Virus record (IMG/VR): IMGVR_UViG_3300029267_004181
From: an uncultured virus (IMG/VR IMGVR_UViG_3300029267_004181)
Lineage: Duplodnaviria; Heunggongvirae; Uroviricota; Caudoviricetes
Length of the DNA stretch: 64,000 bases
Reading direction: 5' to 3' (one strand)
A model generated the notes under the pieces. That model did not search any database, had not been told where the DNA came from, and was given only the letters and a program-made list of their open reading frames with translations. Each line of letters opens with the position of its first letter. Position 1 is the stretch's first letter. Position numbers and translations under genes: made by a program. Of this stretch, positions 34,624-44,517 are shown piece by piece.

Positions 34624-36225
34624 TTAAGCCTCCACTGCGTTAATCGCCTGTGTATTGATGGCTACACTACCGGCCAGCGTGAAAAACCTGGTCGTTCGGG
34701 CTGTAATCATAGTACCAGTCTCGTCGGGCAGCGACAGCGCATCAGTAGAGTAGTAACGATCAATAGTGCCGTCAGGTCGATACAAACTACCCAACATGCC
34801 TACGTTGGGCGAAATATCAACGCCTGATGGCAAAAGATCACGACACGCGTCCACGATACGGCTGGCCAGCAACGCAGGATAGCCAAACGGCACTGTATTT
34901 ACCGCTGTCCTGGCTGCCGCCTCTATAGCATCAGTGTCAACTGCGACCGTAGTGGATTGATATAACGTAATCGTTAAGCCCACGAACATGGGTATCGGAG
35001 CCTTCACCAGGTAGTCACCGGCCACCGGCCGCACAGATCGTTGATACAGATAGTCGTGTATGTCAACGATGTCAGGCATTGCTACCAACTCGACGGTATA
35101 AGTATATGCCTGATCAGTGCCAGTATCCTCTACGATTACAGACAGTGTCTGTAAACCGGAATACGCAGACTCGTCCACACTGTAGATATAGTTAAGAGGG
35201 CAAATAGTAGAATCGTAGCTACGGATAGTAGAGCTGATCGTTTTTGCCACACCGCCACGACTCACCGACTTGACGTAATACACCCCCGACGATTGCGCGC
35301 GTGTGAGATTAATGCGCCAAAGATCGGCGCCGGCCTGTTTCTCGCCTGTGACACTGATCTGGCTCACTACAGGACTGTACGAGGTGCGGACATAGATATC
35401 AGCCTTGCCAGGCACGCTCAACCCGAACAGATTATGTGAATCGCGCAGCAGCCCAGGATCACCAAAACCTACGATGCTCATATCCTGAATATCGGCAAAC
35501 TGGCTACGCAACAGCGCCTCAGTACTCGTCCTGTTGGCAACGGACGGATACGACAGGCTGCCAAGCATTGCTGTTACCACTTCGTCATTTGTATCCGCAT
35601 CGTCTCCGCCCGTGAAGTCACCTGCCGCCGACATGGATACCAGCCACGTAGGCGCATCAGTCCAAGTAAAAGGAGTATCAGCAGCTATGTTATACACGGC
35701 ACCCACCGCGGAGGCCTCTACCTGAATCGTAAACTCATAATTTCCGTCAGAACGCAAGGTCATTACCCGATCGTAGTCACTCTGAGCCAGACCAGCAGAT
35801 GTCGTAGGCAAGCCCGTCCACAAGTGCGTCGTAACGAAGCTTAGACCTCCGCCTGTGAGCGTGGTACCCTCCGATACGGAGAGCACGGCATTGGTTGCGA
35901 CTACCACCGTCAGATAACCAGTCGCCTTGGTTCCGGCCGATCTGGTAACGCCAAACGTGCTAGCTAGATTATCCACGTCGGATTCCGTCGCTAGCGTGGG
36001 GTCTTCCTGAATAGCTGCAACAGACCTGGACCTGCGCAGACGATTCATCTTGGCTGACAAGCCCTCGTTAAGGATCGCCTGTGGCAGCAAAACGAAGTTC
36101 CTGTAGACCGAGCCGTTGCTGGCATCCATGTCAGAAGTGAGTAAACTGGCTACCGCCACGTAATACTCCAAAGCTTCCGAAATGTTGTCAGAGTCTATAT
36201 TCGTCAGATCCAGCTTCTCTGGCAT
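34624..36225 (-). CDS. Baseplate J-like wedge protein, 533 aa
   Basis: DNLAS-x-FGV-x-R-x-x-G-x-x-A-x-G, V-x-A-x-x-x-G-x-x-YNI, GG-x-D-x-DT, G-x-x-DIYV. Confidence 0.85.
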   Translation of the reverse strand: MPEKLDLTNIDSDNISEALEYYVAVASLLTSDMDASNGSVYRNFVLLPQAILNEGLSAKMNRLRRSRSVAAIQEDPTLATESDVDNLASTFGVTRSAGTKATGYLTVVVATNAVLSVSEGTTLTGGGLSFVTTHLWTGLPTTSAGLAQSDYDRVMTLRSDGNYEFTIQVEASAVGAVYNIAADTPFTWTDAPTWLVSMSAAGDFTGGDDADTNDEVVTAMLGSLSYPSVANRTSTEALLRSQFADIQDMSIVGFGDPGLLRDSHNLFGLSVPGKADIYVRTSYSPVVSQISVTGEKQAGADLWRINLTRAQSSGVYYVKSVSRGGVAKTISSTIRSYDSTICPLNYIYSVDESAYSGLQTLSVIVEDTGTDQAYTYTVELVAMPDIVDIHDYLYQRSVRPVAGDYLVKAPIPMFVGLTITLYQSTTVAVDTDAIEAAARTAVNTVPFGYPALLASRIVDACRDLLPSGVDISPNVGMLGSLYRPDGTIDRYYSTDALSLPDETGTMITARTTRFFTLAGSVAINTQAINAVEA

Positions 36226-36620
36226 CAGACAGTCACCGTTGTAGTAGCCGCTTGTCCGGCCACAGAAGTCAAACCAACTCGCAGATACACCGTTGAACCT
36301 TCTGCGTATACGTCCTGAAGTTCGACGTCCTGGAGCTGCTCGTCGTCCGGAAGATCCAAATCCTCGAATAACGATTGTATCTCAGCTGCCGCCAAAATGA
36401 AAGCATTTTGCACAGCCCACACCGTATAACCCGTTGACCTCACTAGAGATAAGAAAGACGTGCCCTCGTCCTCGTCACCCAGAACCGAGCCGTTGTCATT
36501 CAACAGAAGAAAGACAAATCGCTGAACCATCTTCTGCACGCCGTCGACTCTGGACCCTGTGCCGGGCAGTAACAAGCTCATAGGATCCAGGCCTGAGCTG
36601 ATAGCAATGTCGTATGCCAT
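36225..36620 (-). CDS. gp25/gpW-like baseplate protein (sheath initiator)
   Basis: G-x-x-K-x-x-Q-x-F...LL...GS...GT-x-F...DE-x-L; small gene directly upstream of baseplate J. Confidence 0.65.
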   Translation of the reverse strand: MAYDIAISSGLDPMSLLLPGTGSRVDGVQKMVQRFVFLLLNDNGSVLGDEDEGTSFLSLVRSTGYTVWAVQNAFILAAAEIQSLFEDLDLPDDEQLQDVELQDVYAEGSTVYLRVGLTSVAGQAATTTVTV

Positions 36621-36631
36621 TTTTGCTAGTC

Positions 36632-37018
36632 CTAGCTAATTCTGGCGCCTTGCTGGCCAACAGAACGCTGAAGCACGTTAAACGCTGCCATAGGCGGGCC
36701 GTCCTGAACACCCATACCAGCATCCAGAAGGCTCTGACCCGCCAGCCTGTCAGCAGGCGTAAGATGACGCATCTGCATATCCCTCTGAAACCGAGCCAGC
36801 CAGTCATGCCCCAGCTGCCGAACAATAACCTCAATCGCCATTTCAGTATCAGCGAGTTTGGTATAGGCAGACCGGTCAAACGTAGCAGCGAACGTATCCG
36901 CCGTCAAATCGTCCATCTCCAGACTTTCAATCAGCCAAGCTGGAAAGGCAGCAGCCTCGCTAGCTGTAACCAGATGCTGAATTAGCTCGTCTGCGATTGC
37001 GCTGAAAGGTTCTTCCAT
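36632..37018 (-). CDS. Hypothetical protein
   Basis: 128-aa ORF in the gene chain. Confidence 0.55.
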   Translation of the reverse strand: MEEPFSAIADELIQHLVTASEAAAFPAWLIESLEMDDLTADTFAATFDRSAYTKLADTEMAIEVIVRQLGHDWLARFQRDMQMRHLTPADRLAGQSLLDAGMGVQDGPPMAAFNVLQRSVGQQGARIS

Positions 37019-37545
37019 TGTCCTACCCCCAGCTCACGATTAAGCTGAGCATCCATTGTAGAAGCCCGCACCAGAACATTGCGAACTTCTGTCTTCAAAT
37101 CGTCGTTCAACTCCTCAAGCAGAGTATACTGAGCGCCCAGTTTAAGAAAGTTGTGCATATGCCCGAATTCGAAGCACAGTGCCGCACAATCAGGCGCCGT
37201 GCGAATTAGCCGAGCTTGCGGTAACGAATAGGCGCGAACCAGAATACCAACAGCTTTTTCCCAGTACGACTGATAACCAGTAACATCTTCATAAGGTTCG
37301 GTAACACCGGGCTTCAAGTCGGTCCTGATCTCAACGCGTATGCCGCGCAGATCGTAATCAAACTCGTCAGCAAAAGCTTTTGCCTTGGCCCTGAACACGT
37401 CAGCCCTGAAAGGCACGTGCGAATTGACAACATAGATAGGAAGATTCCGGACCCTTCGATTTTCCACGTAGTGCAGTACTGATAACACCGCACCAACGCA
37501 CAACGCAACAAGCACGAGCACCAGTAAGCCGTAACCAAGTATCAT
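36982..37545 (-). CDS. Membrane-anchored hypothetical protein
   Basis: AAGGAG RBS before MILGYG; N-terminal hydrophobic helix. FEFGH resembles a degenerate HExxH. Confidence 0.65.
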   Translation of the reverse strand: MILGYGLLVLVLVALCVGAVLSVLHYVENRRVRNLPIYVVNSHVPFRADVFRAKAKAFADEFDYDLRGIRVEIRTDLKPGVTEPYEDVTGYQSYWEKAVGILVRAYSLPQARLIRTAPDCAALCFEFGHMHNFLKLGAQYTLLEELNDDLKTEVRNVLVRASTMDAQLNRELGVGQWKNLSAQSQTS

Positions 37546-37570
37546 GGCAAGAATCTCCTTTCCTAGCCTA

Positions 37571-38338
37571 TCAAGCTTTCCAAGGCTCCAAGACAGGCTT
37601 GGACGGCGGAGCAGGCGGAGCCAGCGCGCTATCCACACGAGACGCCTCGGCCCAGCCCAGCTGTTCGCCTTCAGCCAGGCGCTGTGAAATCTTCAACGAC
37701 CGTTGTGACACGGCACTAGGCGATATGTTTAGTTTCCTGGCCAATTCGTTCGCCGGTATAGGCGGCATACTACGGATCTTGCCATCAAAGATGGCTTGAT
37801 CTATAGGATCGAGTTCGTGGTATACGAACTCAGACCAAAGCTCCTGAGCATCATTCTCGGCTACCTGGCCGAACGACATGACTTCTGACGGCATGGGCTG
37901 AGAATATTGCCTGAGACGTTGAATCCTGGACGGCGACATATTCAGTCGATCTGCTAACTCTAGATCAGACGGCTGACGTCCTAGCTTCACACTAAGCTCG
38001 GTCTCCGCTGTTTTGAGGGTGTGCAAATCATATGACACCCTTTCCGGCACTGCTAGAACTTGCTGAGTCTGCCTGGCGTACCTGGATAACGGCCTGAGCT
38101 GGTTATATATGTGCGTCTCAAGACTGGCCGAGCCTCCTGGCTGATAAGATACAACAGCATTGGCAGCCAGCACCTTCGCCCGAGCATGTACCACAGGCCC
38201 GGATACGCCATAGCTCTTTTCAGCTTGTGCCAGTATCGGTTCTATCGCTTCCAGCAGCTTAGCCATCCGAGCCTTAGTAGGCTGCTTGGTATACGACTCG
38301 TAGAGCATTTGTATCTTTTCGTCTCGACTAATCTGCAT
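37571..38338 (-). CDS. Phage sigma-70-family RNA polymerase sigma factor
   Basis: Region-2-like AV-x-SY-x-P-x-x-x-ASL-x-TH; region 3 L-x-x-KLGR-x-PSD-x-ELAD-x-L; region 4 HTH ELARKLNISPSAVSQR. GGAGG RBS. Confidence 0.85.
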   Translation of the reverse strand: MQISRDEKIQMLYESYTKQPTKARMAKLLEAIEPILAQAEKSYGVSGPVVHARAKVLAANAVVSYQPGGSASLETHIYNQLRPLSRYARQTQQVLAVPERVSYDLHTLKTAETELSVKLGRQPSDLELADRLNMSPSRIQRLRQYSQPMPSEVMSFGQVAENDAQELWSEFVYHELDPIDQAIFDGKIRSMPPIPANELARKLNISPSAVSQRSLKISQRLAEGEQLGWAEASRVDSALAPPAPPSKPVLEPWKA

Positions 38339-38339
38339 C

Positions 38340-39869
38340 CTAGCCTCCTGACGCATTTACCAGCTGCGATCCAACATGTACTTCATTGTAAAATGGATGC
38401 TCTGTCAGCGTCCAGGACAGTTCTACAGGATGCACCGACGCCAAGCCAAAAGATGTCGATGCGCGCTTGGTTGTAGCAGATATATGCGTCCTGACCGTAG
38501 TCACCAATCCGGCATACTCCGTATCCAGCTGCCTCTGAATCAGCTTGATAGTAGAACCAGGAGCGATATCAAACCTCAAACGCCCTGTTACGCTAGCAGT
38601 TGAGTGAGCGAATACATGATGCGCATAGACAGTCTTGCCATAATTCTGCAAAATAGACGCCGAAGCGCCGGTACTGGTCTCGGCAGACGCGGCGGCTTCA
38701 GAATCATCTCGGTGCTGCGCGCCTGCCACCTCCGCCTTCGTAACAAAGTCAGCGTACAACCAAGACGGCACCGACTGTATAAGCACCTGCCCGCACTTGA
38801 CCGCCTCATTCTCGTAGCTCGCGCTGCCGGTCGCTGACAACTCAAGCGTGATGTTCAGGCCGCTGTTTAACTTGGCTGTACCGATGAACCTGACACCTTT
38901 CAACGGAAAACCCAACTGAGCTTGCAGCTGACACTGCACATAGTCATCAGGCCGCAAAACACGCCAATACTCCCTGATCGTAGGCACAGACGGCACCATT
39001 GCCATTGAATTAACCGTAACTACGATCGGCACCTGTAGCAGAGCGGCAACACGCGACAGAGACGCCCATCCGTTGCTGTGAATAGAGTCTAACAACCTGG
39101 ATGCGATTGCTTCCCGCAACTTGACCCCGCCATCTGACGGCACAGCCCTCATAGACATGGAAACCCTGTCTTCCAGCTCCTCAGTATCAAACTTGTCGAT
39201 CAGCTGAACCAGAATCTCCTTATACTCGTTAGCCGCCATCGACGTCTTAGGATCTTCTTCCTCAACCAGCCTCTTCACAGCTTCGCCTACACCGCCCCAC
39301 AAATCTGCCGAGCCTGCTATGCGTAGCTTGGCCTCCAGACTATCTTGAACTTTGGATCGTATAGATGCTGCTTCTGCAGATGCGCCAGCCTGCGACGATG
39401 AGGCCGTGCTGTAAATGTTAGCAAGAGACACCACGCTGTCAGGATGCAAGTCAGGCCTCTGCCAATTCATAGACCCGAACAGAGAACACCAATGCACCAG
39501 CTTGACCGACATGCTACCATGCGTACCGATTTCGCCGGGCGACATTGAAGCAATGTAGCCCTCGAAAAGCTTAAATCGCCCTCTCGCCAGATCATCGTCA
39601 CCTGTAAACTCGCCATAAACCGTTGCCGGCAGCAAGAAAAACTGCTCCAGAAACGTAGGAGCCGATGGCGTACTATCCACACCCGCAGGAGCAATGCCAT
39701 AGCCTACCGGCACCGTTACCACGGCGCTGGGCACTGAATTCCATACAAAATCAGACGCAAATTCGGATACGGCTAACGTCTGTGAGTTGTCGCCGCCTAC
39801 TACCATCCACAGTTTCACAGACGTCAGACTGAATGCGAACTTGTTAGCTGGGCTGAGAGCTAAGGCCAT
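38340..39869 (-). CDS. Putative baseplate hub protein (gp27/gpD-like)
   Basis: C-terminal GRLRFDIAPGS-x-I...G-x-V-x-x-V-x-x-x-I pattern, LFEGYI, and gene position. Confidence 0.65.
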   Translation of the reverse strand: MALALSPANKFAFSLTSVKLWMVVGGDNSQTLAVSEFASDFVWNSVPSAVVTVPVGYGIAPAGVDSTPSAPTFLEQFFLLPATVYGEFTGDDDLARGRFKLFEGYIASMSPGEIGTHGSMSVKLVHWCSLFGSMNWQRPDLHPDSVVSLANIYSTASSSQAGASAEAASIRSKVQDSLEAKLRIAGSADLWGGVGEAVKRLVEEEDPKTSMAANEYKEILVQLIDKFDTEELEDRVSMSMRAVPSDGGVKLREAIASRLLDSIHSNGWASLSRVAALLQVPIVVTVNSMAMVPSVPTIREYWRVLRPDDYVQCQLQAQLGFPLKGVRFIGTAKLNSGLNITLELSATGSASYENEAVKCGQVLIQSVPSWLYADFVTKAEVAGAQHRDDSEAAASAETSTGASASILQNYGKTVYAHHVFAHSTASVTGRLRFDIAPGSTIKLIQRQLDTEYAGLVTTVRTHISATTKRASTSFGLASVHPVELSWTLTEHPFYNEVHVGSQLVNASGG

Positions 39870-40591
39870 ATGATCTCCGGCATAGACAACAGATAGCCCG
39901 CTATGACTGCCCCAGCAGCCAGTACTGGTATCTGAGTCTGCGTGTGCAACGTTGCCAACTCGTCCGTCATAACGCTTGTCCGAACTTCCGCAGGTAACGT
40001 ATTGATACGCCGCACCATCTCGTCGGCAGATGGAGCATGTGTACCTAGCTCAAGCTCCCACGCGCCGTTCCCCGGCACAGAGAAATGCGCGGTTACCACA
40101 ATCTGGCCGGTTCGCAACGGAATAGGCATAGCCGCTGTCGTATATACCGTGTTGTTCCAGGAGCGCGTAACAGTCGCAGGCCCGGCCTTGACTACGCGCC
40201 ACGTATACACCGCCCTGCCCTCGATCTCGTCGGCCGCAAGATTCATGTAATTGAGGGCCTCTACTATGCTGCTGCCGGAAACAGTATCAACAGACGCATA
40301 GGGAAACGTCCGGTATTCAAGCGTATCCAGATCATATGTAACATCGCTGACAAGATCGCTCACGTGGGACTGAATGTCCGGCAACGCCAACAGCTGTAGC
40401 AACTGAACCAGGCGAGCGTACATGAATACCGGATCTTCAGCCTTACCAAACAGAGTACGATGAATGGTAGCACAAGCATCAGACATTTCTACGGGCGTGA
40501 ACGACGGATGAATCCACACCATGCCGTCCACATTGCTAAAAAACGAGGCCGGCTTATTCACCAGAAGCATAACATGAGTATTAGGCATCAT
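39860..40591 (-). CDS. Putative baseplate protein
   Basis: ATGA-coupled; lies between the tape measure and hub genes. Confidence 0.55.
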   Translation of the reverse strand: MMPNTHVMLLVNKPASFFSNVDGMVWIHPSFTPVEMSDACATIHRTLFGKAEDPVFMYARLVQLLQLLALPDIQSHVSDLVSDVTYDLDTLEYRTFPYASVDTVSGSSIVEALNYMNLAADEIEGRAVYTWRVVKAGPATVTRSWNNTVYTTAAMPIPLRTGQIVVTAHFSVPGNGAWELELGTHAPSADEMVRRINTLPAEVRTSVMTDELATLHTQTQIPVLAAGAVIAGYLLSMPEIIWP

Positions 40592-41274
40592 GATTGCAAG
40601 TCCTCTACGGCAACGGCTGACCAATCTGTCATTGGATTAACAGCAGCCAACCGACTATCCCAAGAATCACTCAACGGTCGACCAGTGGACACGTCAACAA
40701 GATCGTCACTCACGCCGCCGGTCGTCGTGACAGTGCCAGATGGCGTAGATGCTGATGCTGTCGTAGTACCGACACCAGCCCCTGACAGAGAAGGCGCATC
40801 AGCAGACGAAGCCGGGAAACCTCTTGCTGAGCCTGCGCCTATTCGCATGACCTTGAAATTTATGGTAAACACGCCGATGCCGGACCCTCGAGCCGACTGG
40901 CCTAGACTCAACAGAAAACCGTTGTAGGCCACGCCTCCTATTACCAACTTAACAGGCGTAGGTGTCGCTACCATGTTAGTAGAGTAGTAGTAATTCTGCA
41001 GCCGAGCATAGCCGCCTTCCTGCGCCACAGCACAGACGTTATCTATAATCGAGCCGCTTACCTGCAGATCGGCCATAGACTCGCCAAATGCCATGCCGTA
41101 TACAGCCTCGCCGGCGCTCTCCATGAAGCTGGCAGACGCCTTGTGACCAAAAGTGTACTGGGTCACCAAGATAGGCATCGCAGGAAAGCCGTCGATCACT
41201 AACAACGCGGCTTCTACCTGTGAATTTGGCAGCTGAACAACCCTGAATCCTTCATCAGCAAAAATCTCTGACAT
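40588..41274 (-). CDS. Putative tube-like / tube-initiator baseplate protein
   Basis: Follows the tape measure; beta-rich N-terminal part with Y-x-x-x-FGE-x-x-x-x-L-x-VSG. Confidence 0.55.
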   Translation of the reverse strand: MSEIFADEGFRVVQLPNSQVEAALLVIDGFPAMPILVTQYTFGHKASASFMESAGEAVYGMAFGESMADLQVSGSIIDNVCAVAQEGGYARLQNYYYSTNMVATPTPVKLVIGGVAYNGFLLSLGQSARGSGIGVFTINFKVMRIGAGSARGFPASSADAPSLSGAGVGTTTASASTPSGTVTTTGGVSDDLVDVSTGRPLSDSWDSRLAAVNPMTDWSAVAVEDLQS

Positions 41275-41280
41275 AGCTAT

Positions 41281-42009
41281 CTAACTCGCGTCTGGGCCTG
41301 GTATGCGAACAGTCACCAGACCGCCGGTAATCGTCTGAACAAATCCCTGAAACATCTGCATCAAAGGCTGGGTCACCTGCCCATACATCTCCTTGCCCAG
41401 TGCCGAAATCTTGGTGTCGGTATCGTCACGCTCCGGATCCCGCAACTCGCCGGCTAACTTGTTCAGCTCAGACCGGCTGATAGGCTGCCCTATACGAGAC
41501 TCGATTTCTGCCTCTAACCGCGCAAGAGCTCCACCTTTGTCTCCCGCACCTGCACGTCTGACATTGCCAATCAAACGCATCAGCTCAGGATCCCTGACGC
41601 CCTCGAAGCCTAAAACCTCACGAACTTTGCTTCCCCTGACAGCATCGTATAGCTGACCCAGTGTCTGCCCGGCGCCGGTTATCTTTCTACCCAGCCTGCG
41701 GTCTCTGAGCTGCTCTTTAATCAGATCCGGTTGCGCCTCGCCCAACTTCTCCCTGAAAGCGGTGAATGCGCCAGTTATTTCTTCGGATGTTTCGAGCTCA
41801 CGACCCCGTATACTCCCTATCAGCTTGGTAAATTCTTTGGTTCTCTCCGGTCCGTAGAGCGCAAACATGCGTTGACGATCTTGCTCTGTAACAGCATCAG
41901 CAGCGTTGTAGAGCTCTTCGGTAGTCGCGTCCTGCTTCGTAAGCGTGTCCAACTTGTAATTCAGGTCCGGCGTTGCATGCTTTGGATTGGCGTCAATATA
42001 CGAAACCAC
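41281..42009 (-). CDS. C-terminal part of tape measure protein, or a separate helical protein
   Basis: Helical composition; overlaps the 3' end of 41961-44111 in the -1 frame; no clear RBS. Confidence 0.6.
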   Translation of the reverse strand: MVSYIDANPKHATPDLNYKLDTLTKQDATTEELYNAADAVTEQDRQRMFALYGPERTKEFTKLIGSIRGRELETSEEITGAFTAFREKLGEAQPDLIKEQLRDRRLGRKITGAGQTLGQLYDAVRGSKVREVLGFEGVRDPELMRLIGNVRRAGAGDKGGALARLEAEIESRIGQPISRSELNKLAGELRDPERDDTDTKISALGKEMYGQVTQPLMQMFQGFVQTITGGLVTVRIPGPDAS

Positions 42010-44111
42010 GGTTTTGCTTCTCTATCCTTGTCGCTTCCGGTTTCCAGGTAAACGTTCTTGGCGTCTATCCAGCCCTGTAAATGATCGCTTAGTCTATCGG
42101 AGAACTCAGTGGTCACACCGCCACGCAGATTCAAGGCCTCGCGCACCATTGCGCCTGCATCAGTGTCAGGACGAGCTTCCGCGAATATCTTATACATGCG
42201 CTGAGCAAAGCCCAGCTTCCCTATACCGCGGCTGCTTACAAGCTCCTGTATATCTGCCATGCGAGAAGTATACGCAAATTCAGCTCTGCCAACTCTCGTT
42301 AGATCGTTCTGCGCAACAATGAAACCTAAACCACCCTGCTCCTTGAACGTGGTAGCCGCTAACGACAGTGCCCAAGTTGCCCGCGCCCTGGTTACCCCGA
42401 AACGCTTGGTCATCATGTCCGCCAGACCTGTGCCTTCGGGATTAGTGATATCAGCAGTACGAGACCGCATTACAAACTCTGCTATCTCGTCTGCTCGTCC
42501 TAGCAATTTTGGATCTTCGAACGTGCGGCGAAACGCGGTGATCAACTGGCCACGAACGCTCTCCCTTTGCACACGCACCAAGTGCGGCTCCAGACCGTAC
42601 TCCTTGGCAAACTGCGCCGCCTCTCCACCAGCAGATTCATATAAACCCAGAAACGCCCTGGCAGACGAAGGCCTTAACGTCTCCGCAATGTTAGCCGGTG
42701 TGGCACGATACAACTCACGTATATCAGTCTGATTGAGAGAGTCTGGATCTGTAATAAACCTGTTCGCCAGCTGCGCGTATCGGCTGCCCTTGTCGTCTGA
42801 CATGTGCAAAGCAAACACCTTACGCATGAATTCAGACGAGTATGCGCCCGCAGCGCGCCTGGTTGCAGCAGCCACGGCCTCACGCTGACTCAGATTGCCT
42901 AGAGCGCCCGGACCCACAGCCTGTGTCTGGATTCTGGTCATCAAGGCGCCAGTCATAGCCGCCTGTACTCCAAACTGACCGCCCAGACCGTATTGCGGCG
43001 CAACCGCTACACCGAATTGAATCGCTCTACCTAGCTGAGGCAGCGGAATACCGGCACGCTGAGCCATATAGTGAGTCTGCATAATATCAGCGCGCAACCT
43101 GCCAGCAGCCGCTGGCGTGTCCAGAGCCATACCAAACTGCCCACCAGTAATCTCCTCCAACACCTGCACCAACTTGGGCACAGGCGCGTCAGGATCACGT
43201 ATCAAGCTGCGTACAGCGTCTAGCAGTTCCACCATGTTACGCATACGACGACCAACCCGCTCAGGAAAGTCGCCACCGCCACCACCGCGCAATTCCGCCA
43301 TCCCAGGCACGTCTTCTACGTTGGGCAGCAAACCGCGTCGCCCGAGCTCGTATGTAACCTGGCCCAGCTGGTTTAGATTAAACCCTCTGGTAATTCCAGG
43401 AGCCGGCATGCCTCCGGGATAAAAAGTGCTGCGCATAGCAGCACCAAGCGACTCTACCTGTCCGACACCCAAACCAAGAAATCCAGGTCTGCCAGCATCT
43501 GCGTACCGTGGCAATACTCCACGGGTAGCTCTGTAAATGTCCTCATAGTATCTACCTGTCAGGCCGCCAGGAAACAGAACATCCGACAAGCCGGTTTGGA
43601 CAAGCAAGTCTGACGCGAATGGAACCTGATGCACACCCCACATCACAGCTTCAGACATCGCCCTGGCTTCGTTCTGATAGTGCTGACGCTGCCAATCCTC
43701 CTTCATATCTTTAGCAGGCACAGCAGCTTCCATACGTCTGTATATGAACTGCTGTACTCTGTCTATATCAGCCTGCCTGGATGTGTGAACCAGCCGGTTG
43801 ATAGCGCCCAGATGCTGTTGCTGCGTCTGCACGCTCATCCAATCATGCCTGCCGAAAGGACCCGCTGTCGGCGCACCGGTTATCATACTGCCAATCCACT
43901 GCAACAACGTAGACGCAGTATTGGCCAGACCCGAACCACCGGCCATGCCACTGACGGCAGGATCGGCAAAGAAAGGGTCGTACCTGCCAGTAGACGTAGC
44001 GAACTCTTCCTGTGGGCCGCCGAAAAAGCCGCCCAGCAGTCGATTCAAGTCCAGAGACTGAGGACTCAAACCCAACTGCGAAGGATCGACATAATTGAAA
44101 CCATCAGGCAT
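41961..44111 (-). CDS. Putative tape measure protein (N-terminal 716 aa)
   Basis: Long Gly/Ala/Gln/Met-rich helical ORF directly after the frameshifted chaperone pair. Confidence 0.7.
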   Translation of the reverse strand: MPDGFNYVDPSQLGLSPQSLDLNRLLGGFFGGPQEEFATSTGRYDPFFADPAVSGMAGGSGLANTASTLLQWIGSMITGAPTAGPFGRHDWMSVQTQQQHLGAINRLVHTSRQADIDRVQQFIYRRMEAAVPAKDMKEDWQRQHYQNEARAMSEAVMWGVHQVPFASDLLVQTGLSDVLFPGGLTGRYYEDIYRATRGVLPRYADAGRPGFLGLGVGQVESLGAAMRSTFYPGGMPAPGITRGFNLNQLGQVTYELGRRGLLPNVEDVPGMAELRGGGGGDFPERVGRRMRNMVELLDAVRSLIRDPDAPVPKLVQVLEEITGGQFGMALDTPAAAGRLRADIMQTHYMAQRAGIPLPQLGRAIQFGVAVAPQYGLGGQFGVQAAMTGALMTRIQTQAVGPGALGNLSQREAVAAATRRAAGAYSSEFMRKVFALHMSDDKGSRYAQLANRFITDPDSLNQTDIRELYRATPANIAETLRPSSARAFLGLYESAGGEAAQFAKEYGLEPHLVRVQRESVRGQLITAFRRTFEDPKLLGRADEIAEFVMRSRTADITNPEGTGLADMMTKRFGVTRARATWALSLAATTFKEQGGLGFIVAQNDLTRVGRAEFAYTSRMADIQELVSSRGIGKLGFAQRMYKIFAEARPDTDAGAMVREALNLRGGVTTEFSDRLSDHLQGWIDAKNVYLETGSDKDREAKPWFRILTPIQSMQRRT

Positions 44112-44517
44112 CGCCTACCAGCTCCTCGTATAGCGCCTTCATACTTTCGAACTCTGATTGTGCGCCCTCGTCAGCCGCCGACAGCTCGACTTTAGGCCCG
44201 GATTCCGTTCCAAGATCGCCTAAACAAAATGCTCGCATCAGCTCGTAGCACCGCAATCCTTCAGTTACAAGATCTTTAGGCTCCCTAACGATAGACGCAA
44301 CAGCCAGATGAGCTAGCACCGTCGTTTGCATCAGGCATAACTGCTTGGCAACTACCGTCTCGGCCTTGCGCTCGTCATCCTCTCTCCACAAATCACCTAG
44401 GTACGCAGCCTCGCGCAGCAAGTAAAACTGATCCTGCTCTAGAGGATCGGTTTTGAATCGGAAACCTCTGGCTGCTGCTCGGACTGCGAATCTTGCCCAA
44501 TCGTCTTCCAAAAATCC
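44104..44517 (-). CDS. Tail assembly chaperone, -1 frame extension (GT-like)
   Basis: Frame entered at slippery G GAT TTT (44517-44511); no ATG or RBS of its own. Confidence 0.7.
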   Translation of the reverse strand, partial: GFLEDDWARFAVRAAARGFRFKTDPLEQDQFYLLREAAYLGDLWREDDERKAETVVAKQLCLMQTTVLAHLAVASIVREPKDLVTEGLRCYELMRAFCLGDLGTESGPKVELSAADEGAQSEFESMKALYEELVGDA

